A DNA stretch of 64,000 nt from Cyanophora paradoxa CCMP329 (GCA_004431415.1 QPMI01000189.1:105493-169492); one strand, 5' to 3'; positions 41,106 to 53,800 are shown, counted from the first letter of the stretch. Program-made: numbers and translations. Notes: generated by a model not told the origin, from the letters alone.

Positions 41106-41714
41106 ATGGCGTATCTGTTCAAAGGACAACCTATTTTCGTTTATCCTCTTTCGGATCTATCATTTAGCACCGTGGAACTATTTGATATCCTCTTTTCATT
41201 TGATACTGATCGCATGCCATTTACCTTTGTAAATACAATCTTTCGTAGAGCCGATATTCAATCTATTGGTTTCTTTATTGAAGAACCGCACAAGATAGTC
41301 ATTCGATCAATAAATAATGTGTTTGCGTATGTAAGAGCATCCAACGATGAGATATCCTATAAGTATACCATCAAGAAAGTAAATGATGAAGACGAGGGAG
41401 GATATCAACCTGTTCTGGATTTCTGGCGTCTCGTAAGATGCACACAATATAAGATGACTGATGTAATCAAAGCCATAAAGCGTGAGCACGAACCACAGTC
41501 GATACAGCTTATCTATTTCAATGTTAAACGCAATCTGTCCACATATCATAAGAAGTTTGAAGAGCATGGACTGCAAATTACCCGCCGCACCACCTTGCGT
41601 AAATTCTTAAAAGACAATGGAGCGAAATGGAGTCGCGTTAGCCGAATGTGGTATACTGACGTTAGTAATCCTAATAGAATCGTTGCCAATATATTCTGTC
41701 CCAATTTACCGTAA
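41106..41714 (+). CDS. Hypothetical viral protein (202 aa)
   Basis: ATG ORF preceded by the conserved 25-nt upstream motif at 41066-41090. Confidence 0.65.
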   Translation: MAYLFKGQPIFVYPLSDLSFSTVELFDILFSFDTDRMPFTFVNTIFRRADIQSIGFFIEEPHKIVIRSINNVFAYVRASNDEISYKYTIKKVNDEDEGGYQPVLDFWRLVRCTQYKMTDVIKAIKREHEPQSIQLIYFNVKRNLSTYHKKFEEHGLQITRRTTLRKFLKDNGAKWSRVSRMWYTDVSNPNRIVANIFCPNLP

Positions 41715-41777
41715 ATAAACAATACCTTCTATTGTTTGGTGCGAGTAAAATGTTACATTGATCTTTTTTATTGTCTG

Positions 41778-43220
41778 ATGACAAGGATGTCAAGACCGCC
41801 AATAGTAAGACGATCGCAAGATTTAGAGGGGAGCACATTGCCGATCCCCGTGCCGAAAGAGAATAAAGAGAGCCGCATAGTAAAGCGGTCTGATTTAAAG
41901 GCTTTGGTGCCCCGCGACGTGCCCGTAGCCCTTGCTGTCCCGGAGCAATCGAAAATCGCGCGTAAATTCTACGATCCGCAAACCGGTTTCAAAGGGATCA
42001 CTAAGCTACGGCAAGAGCTGCCCGATGAGAATTATAAGAAATTGCAAGAGTGGTATAGCCGGCAAGAGGTCGTCCAAATTAATGCGCCGCACCTATCCCG
42101 CAAACGAGACCCCGCAATCCCGATTCGACAGCCCCTCGATACCTACGTAATTGATCTGCTATTCTTTCCGGCGTATGCTAAGTATAATGACGGCTACCAA
42201 GCGTTTTTAACTGGGATGGAGAACACGTTGCGGGTCGGCTATATTATACCGATGCGGGACAAGTCGGCTGCATCGACCTTAGCCGCCTTTATACAGCTGC
42301 AAAATAAGGTGCCGAGACCAATTTTTAAGATTCAAAGCGACCGCGGCTCAGAATTCACTAATAGCCTGTTAAGAGAATATTTCGAGAATCAGTTTATAGA
42401 ACATCAGATTGCGGACACAGCCGACCATCGCGCGCAAGGGCGCATAGAAGCATTTAACAAGCAAATGCGGCGGCTGATCACGAGCTACTGCATCGCGAAT
42501 AATACGGCGCGATTTATAGATGTCCTGCCCGAGTTAGAATATAACTATAATAATACGGTGCACTCTGCGACCGGCTATATGCCTGCCGAGACCAACGAGA
42601 GTCACTATAAGCTTATAGTGCAAAAAGAAGATGCGAAATTCAAGAAATCGATAGCTTATTTGGATCAGATTCAGCCGGGCATGTCAGTAAGGCTACGCAT
42701 CGAGAAGACGCCATTCGCTAAGGGCGGTAACAATTGGAGCCGGATCGTATACACTGTCGCCGGGCGCGAGGGCTATAAGTTTATGCTAACTGATCCGGAC
42801 GGCAATCGCGTAGAGGGTCGCTTTGCCTTCCACGAGCTATTGCCTGTCCAAGCTGTGGATTACCTAATGGCGCCCACAGTAGACGCATTAGAAGCGGCAA
42901 AGGACGAGGCGCGCGTCGATGCGCAATTGCGTAGAGAGGGCATAGAAGCCGCCGCGACTGTGCCGCAAGGCACTCTATTAGAGGATCGCGTGCAAAAAGA
43001 GAAACGCGTAAATAAAGAATTACAGCGGCTAGTAACCGCCGCCGAGCCTAAGCTATCCGGCGGCGTGAATAGCCAACGATGGTATAAGTCGTTCTCTAAT
43101 CAGACTGAGAGCTATAAAGCGCCGGAAACCAAAGCTACATTAAGAAGTAGTAGAAAAGTAGCAACGGTAGCGCCGGTAGTTAATGGCGATCGAAAAGCGA
43201 CTCTGAGACCACGAAAGTAG
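41778..43220 (+). CDS. Retroviral-type (rve) DDE integrase
   Basis: YVIDLLF (D), IQSDRGSEF (D), QGRIEAFNK (E) and YNNTVHSATGYMP, as in Polinton c-integrases. Consistent with the 6-bp TSD. Confidence 0.92.
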   Translation: MTRMSRPPIVRRSQDLEGSTLPIPVPKENKESRIVKRSDLKALVPRDVPVALAVPEQSKIARKFYDPQTGFKGITKLRQELPDENYKKLQEWYSRQEVVQINAPHLSRKRDPAIPIRQPLDTYVIDLLFFPAYAKYNDGYQAFLTGMENTLRVGYIIPMRDKSAASTLAAFIQLQNKVPRPIFKIQSDRGSEFTNSLLREYFENQFIEHQIADTADHRAQGRIEAFNKQMRRLITSYCIANNTARFIDVLPELEYNYNNTVHSATGYMPAETNESHYKLIVQKEDAKFKKSIAYLDQIQPGMSVRLRIEKTPFAKGGNNWSRIVYTVAGREGYKFMLTDPDGNRVEGRFAFHELLPVQAVDYLMAPTVDALEAAKDEARVDAQLRREGIEAAATVPQGTLLEDRVQKEKRVNKELQRLVTAAEPKLSGGVNSQRWYKSFSNQTESYKAPETKATLRSSRKVATVAPVVNGDRKATLRPRK

Positions 43221-43307
43221 TAGGCGCCGCGGTGCTTTCGTAGCCGCCAAATCGCGCCCTTTGCGAATCAGACCGCGCCGCTTTGTAGTAGCGTAGAACT
43301 ACTCTAT

Positions 43308-44747
43308 GCGCACTTATCCCCTTCGTATCCACTTCGTATCCACTTCATATCCACTTTGTGTTCACTAAATTATATCGCACTGATTCAGTTTGCATTTTGC
43401 CCCCACCCTACACCCCACCCTATACTACAATCTCGTTATTTCTATACATATTTACTATCTAATTTAATAAAGTTTATACATTGAAATAAGTGAGGTGTAT
43501 CGATAAGTAATACAGGGTGGGGAGGGTGGGGTTGGGTGGGGTCTTTTTTGCCCAAAAATATTTGACCCCCCAAAAATTTAAGGGATTCAAAAAAATGCCC
43601 CACCTCACCCCACTTACCCCACCCTATCGAAGTCCGCACGATATCATAGTAGGCTACATCGGGATTGCGATCATATCACAGTGTATACAGTGAGGGTGGT
43701 GCCCCACTTTCTCACCCCACCCTATCGATTCGCGATTCAGGGATCGCGAAATATACAGCACATGATACTTGTTTTTCTTAGTGATCGCGCCGTTCTAATA
43801 CGATCTGAATATATCATATCTCGTCGGTATCACGTCGGTTCAATATCGTAATTATTAAATGGTTGGCTGATACCACTTTCACACCCCACCCTCACACCCC
43901 ACCCGGTATTAATTTAACATACATAATCTCTATACTTTATACATTAATTACATTGAAATCAATCATAAATATAATAAAAGATACAGGGTGGGGTAAGTGG
44001 GGTTGGGTGGGGTCTTTTTTGACCAAGAATTTTTGAGGGGAATTATTTTAGGGAATTCAAAAAAATGCCCACCTCACCCCACCCGCCCCACCCTATCGAA
44101 GTTATCGAAGTCCGATAAGTATCAAACCGGAAGTAAAAATAACACATCATGATTTTATGTGTGCCATCTTAGATTGGACTACCATACCGATACCACTCAC
44201 ACCCCACCCTCACACCCCACCCAGTATTAATTTAACATACTCAATCATACATATTTATATTTAAATTACATTGAAATCAATCATAGATAAAGAGAATAAT
44301 ACAGGGTGGGGTAAGTGGGGTTGGGTGGGGTCTTTTTTGACCAAGAATTTTTGGGAGTGAAACATTTTAGGGAATTCAAAAAAATGCCCCACCTCACCCC
44401 ACCCGCCCCACCCTATCGAAGCTACGTAGGTGATACACATGACTATATGAGGCGCGTCCCAAGCAGCACATTGTAGTTGTTTTAGATACACATCGCGCAT
44501 CGTAAACACATATCGGCTATATCGCGATTACATATTATATATACATAGTTTACAAAGATTCCACGATACTTATATTATTTTTATTGATTCATTTACGAAC
44601 TACCGATAGAATACATATCACATATCGATATACACTATGATAAAAATGCTAATATCTTTATATAACTTATAGTAACACACATATAAAAACAAATATTATT
44701 ATCCTGAGCGGAACGCGAGGGATAATAATATTTGTTTTTATATGTGT
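43308..44747 (-). repeat. Right terminal inverted repeat (1440 bp)
   Basis: Reverse complement of 17606-19047. Confidence 0.95.
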
Positions 44748-44753
44748 TACGGG
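44748..44753 (+). other. Target-site duplication TACGGG (right copy)
   Basis: Matches 17600-17605. Confidence 0.95.
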
Positions 44754-44785
44754 GGGCGCCGGGGGGGCGGGGAGGGCGGGCGGAC

Positions 44786-45291
44786 CCGACGGAGGTGAGG
44801 GCGCTCCCGTCGAGGCGGAGGACCGCGAGGCTCCGGCAGGAGGCGAGGAGGCGGGCGAGGGCGAGCGCCTCGGGCGCCCCGACGCCGGCGTCCCGCAGGT
44901 CCAGCTCCACGAGGCCCGCAGGCAGCGAGCCGGCCGGCAGCACCGGCAGCATTGCCCGCAGGAGCGCCGCGTTGCCGCGGAGCGAGAGCCGCGCCAGGCA
45001 CGGCGATCGCCGCAGGAGCCGGCAGACGTGCGGCGCGGCCGCCACCGCGTCCACGTCGGACCACGGGAGCACGAGCTGCCGTCGCTGCCGATCGATGACT
45101 TCACGCCAGTGCCGGTTAACCCTCCGGGCGCGCAACTGCTGTCCCGGCGACATGTTGCACATGATCAGATCGAGGAGATGCTCATCGAGCGCCGCCCAGG
45201 CCGCGCCCTCCGACGGCTCTGCGGGAGGCTCCGTCGACGGCTCCGCGCAAGGCTCCATCGCGGCTGGCGCCGCCAATCGCACGGGAAGCAT
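44786..45291 (-). CDS. 5' exon of host F-box/LRR gene
   Basis: F-box-like WAALDEHLLDLIMCNM…ARRVNRHWR, then LRRs LARLSLRGN, LVELDLRDAGVG and LAVLRLDGSAL. GT donor at 44785. Confidence 0.8.
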
Positions 45292-45498
45292 CGGTAGCTA
45301 ACGCAGAGGAGTCGTGTGCGCGGGGCTCGGCAGCCGCGGGCTCGCACGGCACGCAGCCTCAGGGTCAAGGAGGCGATAAAATTTCGTCCTAACGGTTCCG
45401 ATCGTTTAGAGGAAGCGCCGATCGGTGCGGATCAGCGGCCCTCGATAGAGCTGGTCCGAGCCTGGTTGACTTCCGGGGGGTAGTCTCATTTCGCAGCG

Positions 45499-46565
45499 AT
45501 GGCAACCCCGAGCGCCGGTGGCCCCAGCGGTCTCTTCTGGTTGCCGGAAGATCCTATGAATCGTCATGGCGCCATGGCGCACGCGGCTCCGGGTGGCATC
45601 AAGCACACCCAGTACGTCAAAGACCGCTCCCCGCGACCCGGCTCACTCGGCGCCCGTGCAGGAGCCCGACGGTCACAGGCACATCCGTTATTGCCATCAA
45701 GTACAAGGATGGCGTGATGCTGACCGCGGACACTCTGGGTGCGCCCCAATGGCTGGCATCCTGTCGTACAGGCCCGCTCACTCTTCCCGCCCGCAGGCTC
45801 GTATGGATCGCTCGCGCGGTACAAGGGACTGCAGCGCATGCAGCCTGTGGGGAAGTACACTGTCGTCGGCGCCGGCGGCGAGTACTCTGACTTCCAGGAG
45901 ATCATCAAGATGCTGAACGAGCTCATGTGCGTGCACGCCGCCTCCTGAATGTCCTGGAATTTGCGCGAGGCGAATGGACGGCGACCGCAGAGACGAGGAC
46001 TTCTGCTCGGATGACGGCGTTGAGAAGGGCGCTGCGGAGATCCATTCCTACCTGGGGCGCGTAATGTACAACAGGCGGAGCAAGATCAATCCGCTCTGGA
46101 ACTCGCTTGTTGTTGCAGGCTACCGCAATGGGCAGAGGTCAGTCCGCAGGGCGTGCCATCAGCGCCGCGTGGGTGACCGGCCGGCAGCTTCCTTGGCGTG
46201 ACCGACATGCTCGGGACGACGTACGTGGACAACTTCGTCGCGACGGGCTACGGCAACTACCTTGCGATGCCGCTGCTGCGCTCGAACTGGCGGCCGGACC
46301 TGACGGAGGCGGAGGCGAAGAAGCTGCTCGAGGACTGCATGCGCGTCCTTTTCTACCGCGACGCGCGCACCATCAACAGGGTGCGGCCCGCCCGCCCCCC
46401 TCCGATTCCTTTTCGGCGCTCTTTCCGACCCGCGCTCCGCAGATCCAATGCGCGAAGATCGACGCGGCGGGTCCGGTCGTATCGCAGCCGTACAGCCTCG
46501 AAACAAACTGGGAGTTCCGCGATTTCACTCGCGGCGCCCGCAGCTCCGACCTCAGCTCCTGGTGA
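45499..46565 (+). CDS. PSMB4: 20S proteasome subunit beta type-4 (beta7), 6 exons
   Basis: KHTQ|[64 protein letters not shown] and [11 protein letters not shown]. Confidence 0.93.
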
Positions 46566-46713
46566 CCCGTCCACCTCTCCCGTCTTTCCTCCCCCCAGCT
46601 CCCCCCTCTCCCGACGTCCCCCGACTGTACAGTAGACGCCGCGTTGCTGGCTCAGCGGCTGAAGCGCGCGTGGGGCGGGGCGGGCCGGCGCTGCTTCATT
46701 TCGCGGGGCTCAG

Positions 46714-48557
46714 TCAGGCCTTGGGGAAGCCCGTCTCGAGGTCGATGAGGGAGCGGGCGCGGGGCGGGAGGCGCTGCGGCCCCGGGCCGACCTGCGGGGG
46801 CGTGAGAGGGGGCGGGGCGGAGCAGCGGGTGGGGCGGGCCCTGGTGGAGATGATGTACTTGAGGGCGTCGGGGCGGGGCTGCCCCGTGAAGGCCCCCCGG
46901 AGGGCCTCGGGGAGGGCGTACGCGGAGGGCGGCAGCGGGGCCTCCGCGGCGTGCCCCAGCGAGGCGGCGAGGGCGGGGTCCCGCAGGAAGGCCCCCGGGG
47001 AGGAGGTGGAGGGGGGGAAGAGGTGGAGGGCGGCGGCGAGGAGGCCCGGCACGCGCTCCGCCGTCGTGAAGATGCACGCGTTCGGCCCCGCGTCGAACGT
47101 GTACCCCGCCTGCGCCCCCGCGCCTCGCACCCGCCCCCCCCCCGGCTGCCGGCGGGACACGGGCCGGCGCGCACCGCGAGGCTCCCCACGCGCTCGTTGT
47201 ACTGGTGCACCATGCGGACTGGCGGGGGGCGTGGGAGGGGCCGGGTGCAGGGCGGGGCGGGGCGGGCGGGCGGACCGATGGCGCGGGAGACGTCGTTCAT
47301 GTAGAAGATGGGGGGGAAGGTGTCCAGGCACACGGCGTGCAGCTCGTTGCTCTCCTGCGCCCCGCTCGCCCCCGCCCCGAGGGCCCCGGGCCGAGGGGCC
47401 GGGGAGGGAGGGGGCCCCCGCCTGCATGGTGATGCGCGCGAAGGCGTCGAAGTCGCGCGCCGCGATCGCCGCCTCCATCGCCGCCAGCCGCCCAGGCACC
47501 ACCGCCCCCGCCCGGTGCTGCCCCCGCCCCAGTCGGCCGGCCGCGGCCGGCGGAGCGGTGCGGCGGGGGCGGGCACCTGCATGAGGGGGCTGGTGGAGAC
47601 GGTGAGCTGCATGCCGGGCGTGCTCCCCGTGTCCTTCTGCTCGTCGTTCACCTGCGCGCGCTTCAGGCGCCCGCCCCGGCGGACGGATCCCGGGGCGGGG
47701 CGGAGGCCGGGGCGCACGACGAGGATGAGGATGCGGAGCTCGGGCCAGTGCGTCTCCGTCACGACCTGCTCCGCGATGCTGTCCGACCCGTCCGCCTTCG
47801 CGCCCATGTTCCACCGCACGAAGCCCCCCGCGAGGCTCCGGCACGCGCTCCCCGACCCCATCCTGCCCCGCGCCGCCGCGTGAGGGCCCCCGGGCCGCGG
47901 CGCGCGGCGCAAGCGCACCGCGCGATCGAGGTCAGCTCGCCCGCGTACGCCTCCTTCACGCCGAGCAGCTGGGCGCACGTGTACACTGCGCCGGGGCCGC
48001 CGGGCGTCGGCGCCGGCAGCGCCCCGCGCGCCCGCGCAGTGGCCCGTGTCTTACCGAAGCACGCGAGGCCCGATGCGGAGGAGGCGAGGCCGGCGGCCGT
48101 GGGGAAGTTGTTCACGGACGCGATGTGCAGCTTGTAGTGCGGCCAGTCTTCCTTGCGCACCACAATCTTGCCGCCATGCCCGTCGTCGTGCTCGACGTCG
48201 CCCGCGCGCTCCCGCAGCGCTGCTATGCACCGCCGCAGCCGCATGGCAGTCTCCTCATTCCCGTCGATGTCGTGCTCCCTGCGCCCGATTGAGCGCTGGG
48301 CCCCGGCCGGCGCCGTCGAGCGCACGCGGCTCGACGCACTTCCCGTTGAGCCACATGCGGTCGCGCTCGTAGCCCTTGCTGGCGGTCACCGTTGTGTGCG
48401 TCATGAGGTCGGCCTGGTCCAGCGTCGCGCTAAGCGAGGAGTTGACCGGCAGGATGAGCTTGCTGTCGCGCTTGCCCCAGTACTTGATCACCGCCATGTT
48501 GACGGGCGCCGTGCAGGAGACCTCAAGAATGCCCGCATCGAGCTTGCGCTTCGACAT
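46714..48557 (-). CDS. MVD: Diphosphomevalonate decarboxylase
   Basis: [59 protein letters not shown] and YTFDAGPNA. Confidence 0.95.
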
Positions 48558-48727
48558 CGCGCGGGGACGCTCGGATCACTTTACGTGCGACTCCTTGTGC
48601 ACTAGCTACTTGCAGCTTGCAGCTTTTCGACGCGGCGGAGGGGTATCACGTATGTTGAGCCCGTCCGTCCCCCTTCGCCTTCGCAGTCCGTTCTCAGCTT
48701 TGGTGTTAGCTACGTGCACGGCTCCGC

Positions 48728-50755
48728 ATGGGGCCGTCGGCGCTGCGGGCCGCGGCCCTGCTGGGGACAGTACTCGCTGCATTCGCAGTCGGCCCCTACT
48801 ACGTCGCGCAGGACGGGGCGTACATGCTCGGGCCGTACTGGATCCCTGACGGGGAGTGGACGCGCGAGCTCGAGGCTGCGGGAGCTGCGGGCCGCGGCCT
48901 GGTCTACTTGAGGTGCCACGGCGCTCGAGCGCGCTGGATCGCGCCCGCCGCGCCCTCAACGCGCGTGGCAGCACGTTCCACGTGGCGCGGGTGTTCCCGT
49001 CGCACGTGACGAGCGAGTCGAACGCGGTGCAGATGTACCGCGACCTCCTCTACAACCTGTCCGCTGCCCCGGCCCGCCGCCCCCGCCCCGCGCTTCTCCA
49101 ACGCGCCTTCCTCGCAGCGTCGCGTCGTACAACATCACGGGCGTGCGCTCGAGCCTCATCTTCACGTCGTCCAAGGAGGACTACGTGCGCGCCCCGCCCC
49201 CTCCCCCCCTCCGCCCCGCCCCGCCCGGGCTGGACGCCGACGCCGATCGGGGCGGCAGGAAGCGTTCCGGGAGCGGGGCATCCGGGCGGTGCTGGAGACG
49301 AGCATCGGGGCGGGGGAGCTGGTCTTCAACGTGCAGCTCTACTCGAAGATCCTGTACGCGCTGAACGCGCTGGCGCGGGGGTACGACGTGGTGGTGTCGG
49401 ACCTGGACGTGGTGCTGCTGCGGGACCCGACGCCGCTCTTCGCGGGGCGCCCCGCCTCGCTCCTCGCCATGAGCGACATGGACCTCTCCCGCCTCGCCGC
49501 CCCGGGCGCCCCCGCCCCGCCCCCCGCCGACCTCAACACCGGCCCGCCCCGCCCCTCCCTCGCCCCCGGCCCCGCTGAGGGGGCGGGGCCGGCAGGGTTC
49601 TACTACGCGCGGTCGGAGGCGGGGATGGTGCTCTTCCTCGCGGGCGTGCTGGAGCGCTTCAAGGAGAAGAGCGCCGCCGACGAGAGCCGCGGCCTCGTCG
49701 CCATGACCGTCTCCGACCAGGCCCGCCGCCCCCCGCTCGAGCGCGCCCGGCCGGGCCCGACGCCGGCGGGCGCGCAGCGGCTGGTGAACGACCTGGCGGC
49801 GGACCTGCGGGCGCTGGTGGCCGGCGGCCCCGAGGCGCCCACGGCGGGGAGCCACCCGCGGAGCCTGCCCCTGCTCGAGCGCCTCGCGCGGGGCGGGGGC
49901 GTGAGCCTGGAGCGCCTGGACGCCGACCTCTTCCCCGACGGCATGGCCTTCTTCTGGGAGCGCGGCCCGCAGCGGCGCGGGGCGGCGCCCTACGCCGTCC
50001 ACTGCAACTGGGTGCCCGCGGAGGCCAAGCCCTTCCTCTTCCGCGAGGCCGGCCTCTGGCACCTCCCCGAGCCGCCCCGCCCCGCCCCGCTCTCCTACGA
50101 CCTCGGGCCCGCCCCTCCGGCGGACCCCCTCGACGAGCTCGCCGCCCTGCGCCTCGCCCTCGCCGCCGCCCGCGCCCTCGGGCGGCCCCTGGCGGCCCCG
50201 AGCCTCCCCTGCGCGCTGAACGCCGCCGCGGGGCGCCTGGGGATGGGCCCGCGCTGCTCCCTGTCCTGCGTGCTCGAGCTCGAGTACCTCCCCTCGCCGG
50301 CGTCCCCTCCTCCCTTCCCCCCCTCCCCGCCCCGCCCCCGCGGCCGCGGCCGGGGCGCCCTCGCTGCGCGTCGCCCTCGGGGAGGGGAGGGGGCGGGCGC
50401 GGAGGCCTGGCTGGCGGCGCTGGGGGCGCTGGAGGGGGCGCCCCCCGGGACGGCGCTCCACCTCGCCGGCCTCGCCGCCGCGCTGCCGGCGATGCGGGGC
50501 CGGCGCCCCGGGGAGGCCCCCCTGGGGCTGCCCCGGAGGCCTGGGCCGCCGCCGAGCGGGCCGTGCAGTGCCTGCCCCGCAACTGGGCCTCCGTCGCCGC
50601 CCAGCTCGGCCTCGCCTGGCCCCTCGCCAAGGACTGCTCCCCGGCCCCCGCCCCCGCCCACGCATCCTAGCCTCGCCATCCTCCGTCCCCTTCCCGCCCT
50701 TCGTCGCGCTCTAAATCCCCGCCCCCTCCCGTGTTCCCACCACGTCCCCCTCTGA
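48728..50755 (+). CDS. Nucleotide-diphospho-sugar transferase (GT77-like), type II membrane protein
   Basis: N-terminal hydrophobic anchor, GYDVVVSDLDVVLLRDP (DxD), LNT|GFYYARS and AVHCNW. 3' end approximate. Confidence 0.7.
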
Positions 50756-50807
50756 ATCCGATGACCTATGGAGAGCAATCGCAGGTTCGGCAAGCGGCGT
50801 GCATTAT

Positions 50808-53800
50808 TTACAGATCGCGAATCTCGACGAAGGGGGGCGGGGGCAGGCCCCGGGAGGGGGCGGGCAGGGGGCGGGGCGGGGCGGTCAGAGCTCGACGGCG
50901 ACGGCCTGGGCGGCGGGGGCGAGGGAGGCGAGGAAGGGGGGGCGGGCTTGGCGGGGGCGGGGCGGGGGCGGGGTCGGGGCGGCCGAGGGCGGCGAGGGAG
51001 GCGGAGAGGCCGGCGATGGCGGTTTTGGCGTCGCGCAGCAGCCGGACCCCCTCCAGCGCCCGCTCCGCCGCCGCCTCCCGCTCGGCGTCCAGGCTCAGCA
51101 GCTCCTCCGCGCTCGAGCCCTGCGCGCCCCTCAGCGCCGCCTCGCGGGGCGGGGCGGGGCGGGGCGGGGCGGGCGGGCGGGCCTTGGTGACGTGGGCGAC
51201 GAGCTCCTGGAGGAGGCCCTGCTTGGCGGCCGCCACGAGGAGCAGCGAGATCGCCTTCGGCACCGCGTCCTCGATGTTCTGGCACACCACGTAGAAGTAC
51301 CCGCACAGCAGGTAGTCTGCCCCCGGCGTCGGCGCCGCGCGGGGCCGCGCAGGGCTCGAGGGGCGGGCGCACGGATGTCGTTGAGCTGCCGCTCCTCGCG
51401 CTCCCCGATGGAGCCGGCGACGATGCTCGAGGGGAGGGGCTGCCACCCGTTGATGTCGTACGAGCGCCGCCGGTTCGCGTTCATGCCGCGCTGCTGCGGG
51501 CCCCGCGCGCGGGCGGTGGAGGAGCCCGGCGCGGGGCCGGCCTCGGGCTCCTCGCGGGGCGCCGGGGGCGCGAGGGCGCGCTGGATGGCGTCCACCCAGG
51601 CGTCCCGCTCGGCCTCCGTCTCGAGCGCGAAGGCGAAGACGGCGCGCTCCCGCTTCGCGGCGCTGCGGACGTTGCGCAGCACGAGGCCGTGCGGGGCGCG
51701 CCCCTTGGACTCGCGCTCCGTGTCCAGCCGCTCCACCACCGTCTCCCCCGCCCGCAGCTCGATCTTGTCCTTCAGCTCGCCGGCCCGGTAGACCCACGCG
51801 CGGTCGCCGCCCTTGGCGCGCTCCCGCGCGAGCTTGTGGTAGCGCAGCGTCGCCCCCTCGAGGCGCGCGAAGCGCTCCTGGAAGCGCGTGAAGGCCGCCG
51901 ACGCCTTCAGCACCCGGCCCTCGGGCGCCTCGGGGGCCCGGGGCCCCGGGCCGCCCGCGCGCCGTGGCCGGGGGGCGCCCTCGGCGGCGGGGGCGCCGGC
52001 GGTGGCGTCGAACTCGGGGCGGGCGGCGTCGGAGTCGCCGTAGACCTCCTCGCGGAACGGGATGAAGGCCGGGTGGTCGATGTTCACCCGGCACTGCCCC
52101 CGCCCGCCCCCCCTGTCGGGCCCTCGCCGCCGCGCGGGGGCCGCGGGGCGCGGGGGGCACGCACGCGCTCCATCTCGATGAGGGTGCGCGTGAACTCGCG
52201 CGACTGCGGCGGGGTCAGAGGCGCAGCGGAGGCAGGCGAGGCGGGGGCGGGGCGGCGGGCCTTCTCGTAGAGGGCGGCGAGGTAGGCCTCGGCGGAGCGC
52301 CGGATGGCCTCGCGCAGGCGCGGGTAGGCCTCCAGCTCGGGCCCCGCCGCCGCCAGCTCCGCGATGGAGCGCAGCTCCATGTAGACGTAGTCGAGGCACT
52401 TGCGGACGGGCTCGCGCAGGGCCGCGACGTACTTGGCGATGACGGCGGCGAAGGCCTGGTTCGAGGCGAAGAGCTGCACCGTCGTCCCCGCCACGTTCTG
52501 CAGCACCGTCTTCAGCTGTGCCCGCCTCCCGTCAAGGAGACAGCCCGGCGACGGCGACGGCGCGGCGGGGGCGGGGGCGGGGCGGGGCAAAAGGATATCT
52601 GCGAGGGAGACGGTCTTGGAGATGTGCATGGCCTTGAGGTCCTGGCGCAGCACCTGGTTGTACACGTAGTTGATGCGCGCCCCGCCCTGCCTGCGCCCCG
52701 CCTCGACCGGGTGCAAGGGCGGGGAGCGGGGCGGGGCGGGGCGGGGCGGACAGCTCGGTGTCGGAGACGTCCGGGGCGGTGCCGTCGATGCGGGACTCGA
52801 AGCCCTTTGCGTAGGCGAAGAGGAGCTCCATCACGCGGTCGGCGCGCTCGGCCGGGGACGTCAGGGCGACCCCCAGGTCCGCCACCTCCGCCTCCTTCTC
52901 CGCCAGCAGCGCCTCCAGCTGCGAGGCCACCCCCGGCATGCACTCCCGCACGTGCCCCGCGTACAGCTGCGCCCACTCAGCCCGCGCCGCGCCGCGCCGG
53001 GGCGGAGAAGGGGCCGGCGGGGGGACGGACGGAGGAGAGGCGGCGCTCGAGAGCGGCGTAGCCGAGGGAGGGGCGGAGGCGGGGGTCGGCGAAGCGCGGG
53101 TCGGAGGCGAAGAAGGCCTCCTCGCGGCCCCGCGCCGCCCGCAGGTCCTCCACCCCGTCCATCTTCGCCGCCTTCCCGCCCGTCCCCGTCCCCGCCCCCG
53201 CCTCGGGCCGTGGGTTCGCCACGGCGATGTACCCCAGGCGCAGCGTGTACTCGTCGTTCTTGAGCGCGCTCTGCACGTCGCTGTTCGTCGGCATGTCGCA
53301 CTTGGTGAAGACGCCCAGCGTCCGCTGCCCTGTGCACGAGGGTCACGGGCGGAGGCGAGGGGCGGGGCGCGGGAAGCCGGCGGGGCGGGCCCTGCGGGTC
53401 GACATCGGGGCGGCGGGCGATGGCGAGGGCATCCGAGGTGGCGCAGTCGATGTTCGCCGGCGTCACGGCGAGGATGACCGTGTTCCGGTCCCGGATGTAC
53501 TGCAGCACCATCTCCTCGATCTCCCGCGGCGTGCTGTCCGCCTGGCCCTTGATCGGCACCTGCACGCGTCCGCGTCAGCGGCGCGCGGGGCGCCGGGCGC
53601 GCCGGGCGCGGCGCTGGCGCTGGCCTTCACGAGGCCGGGGAGGTCGACGAGGGACATGGTGAGGACGTCGGGACTGCTGATCGTGAGGATGATCGGCACG
53701 GGGCTAACGTTCAGCTTCCCGCACGACCGCTCCGTCTCCGCCACGATCTCGTCCCGAATCTCCTCGTACGTCCAGAACCGCCTCCCCGGCGCGTGCGAGA

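Larger units (their letters stand above)
17606..44747. mobile_element. Endogenous Polinton/Polinton-like virus (~27.1 kb)
   Basis: Sharp drop in GC content, intronless genes, ~1.44-kb TIRs and a 6-bp TSD. Encodes pPolB, rve integrase, A32 ATPase, SF3 primase-helicase and capsid-like genes. Confidence 0.95.

Noticed and set aside
41778-43220. LTR retrotransposon as the source of the rve integrase
   Set aside because: No gag, protease or reverse transcriptase, and the flanking repeats are inverted rather than direct.
17606-44747. TIRs as a fold-back read or assembly artefact
   Set aside because: Exact 6-bp TSD, a host intron and reading frame restored on removal, and small differences between the two TIR copies.
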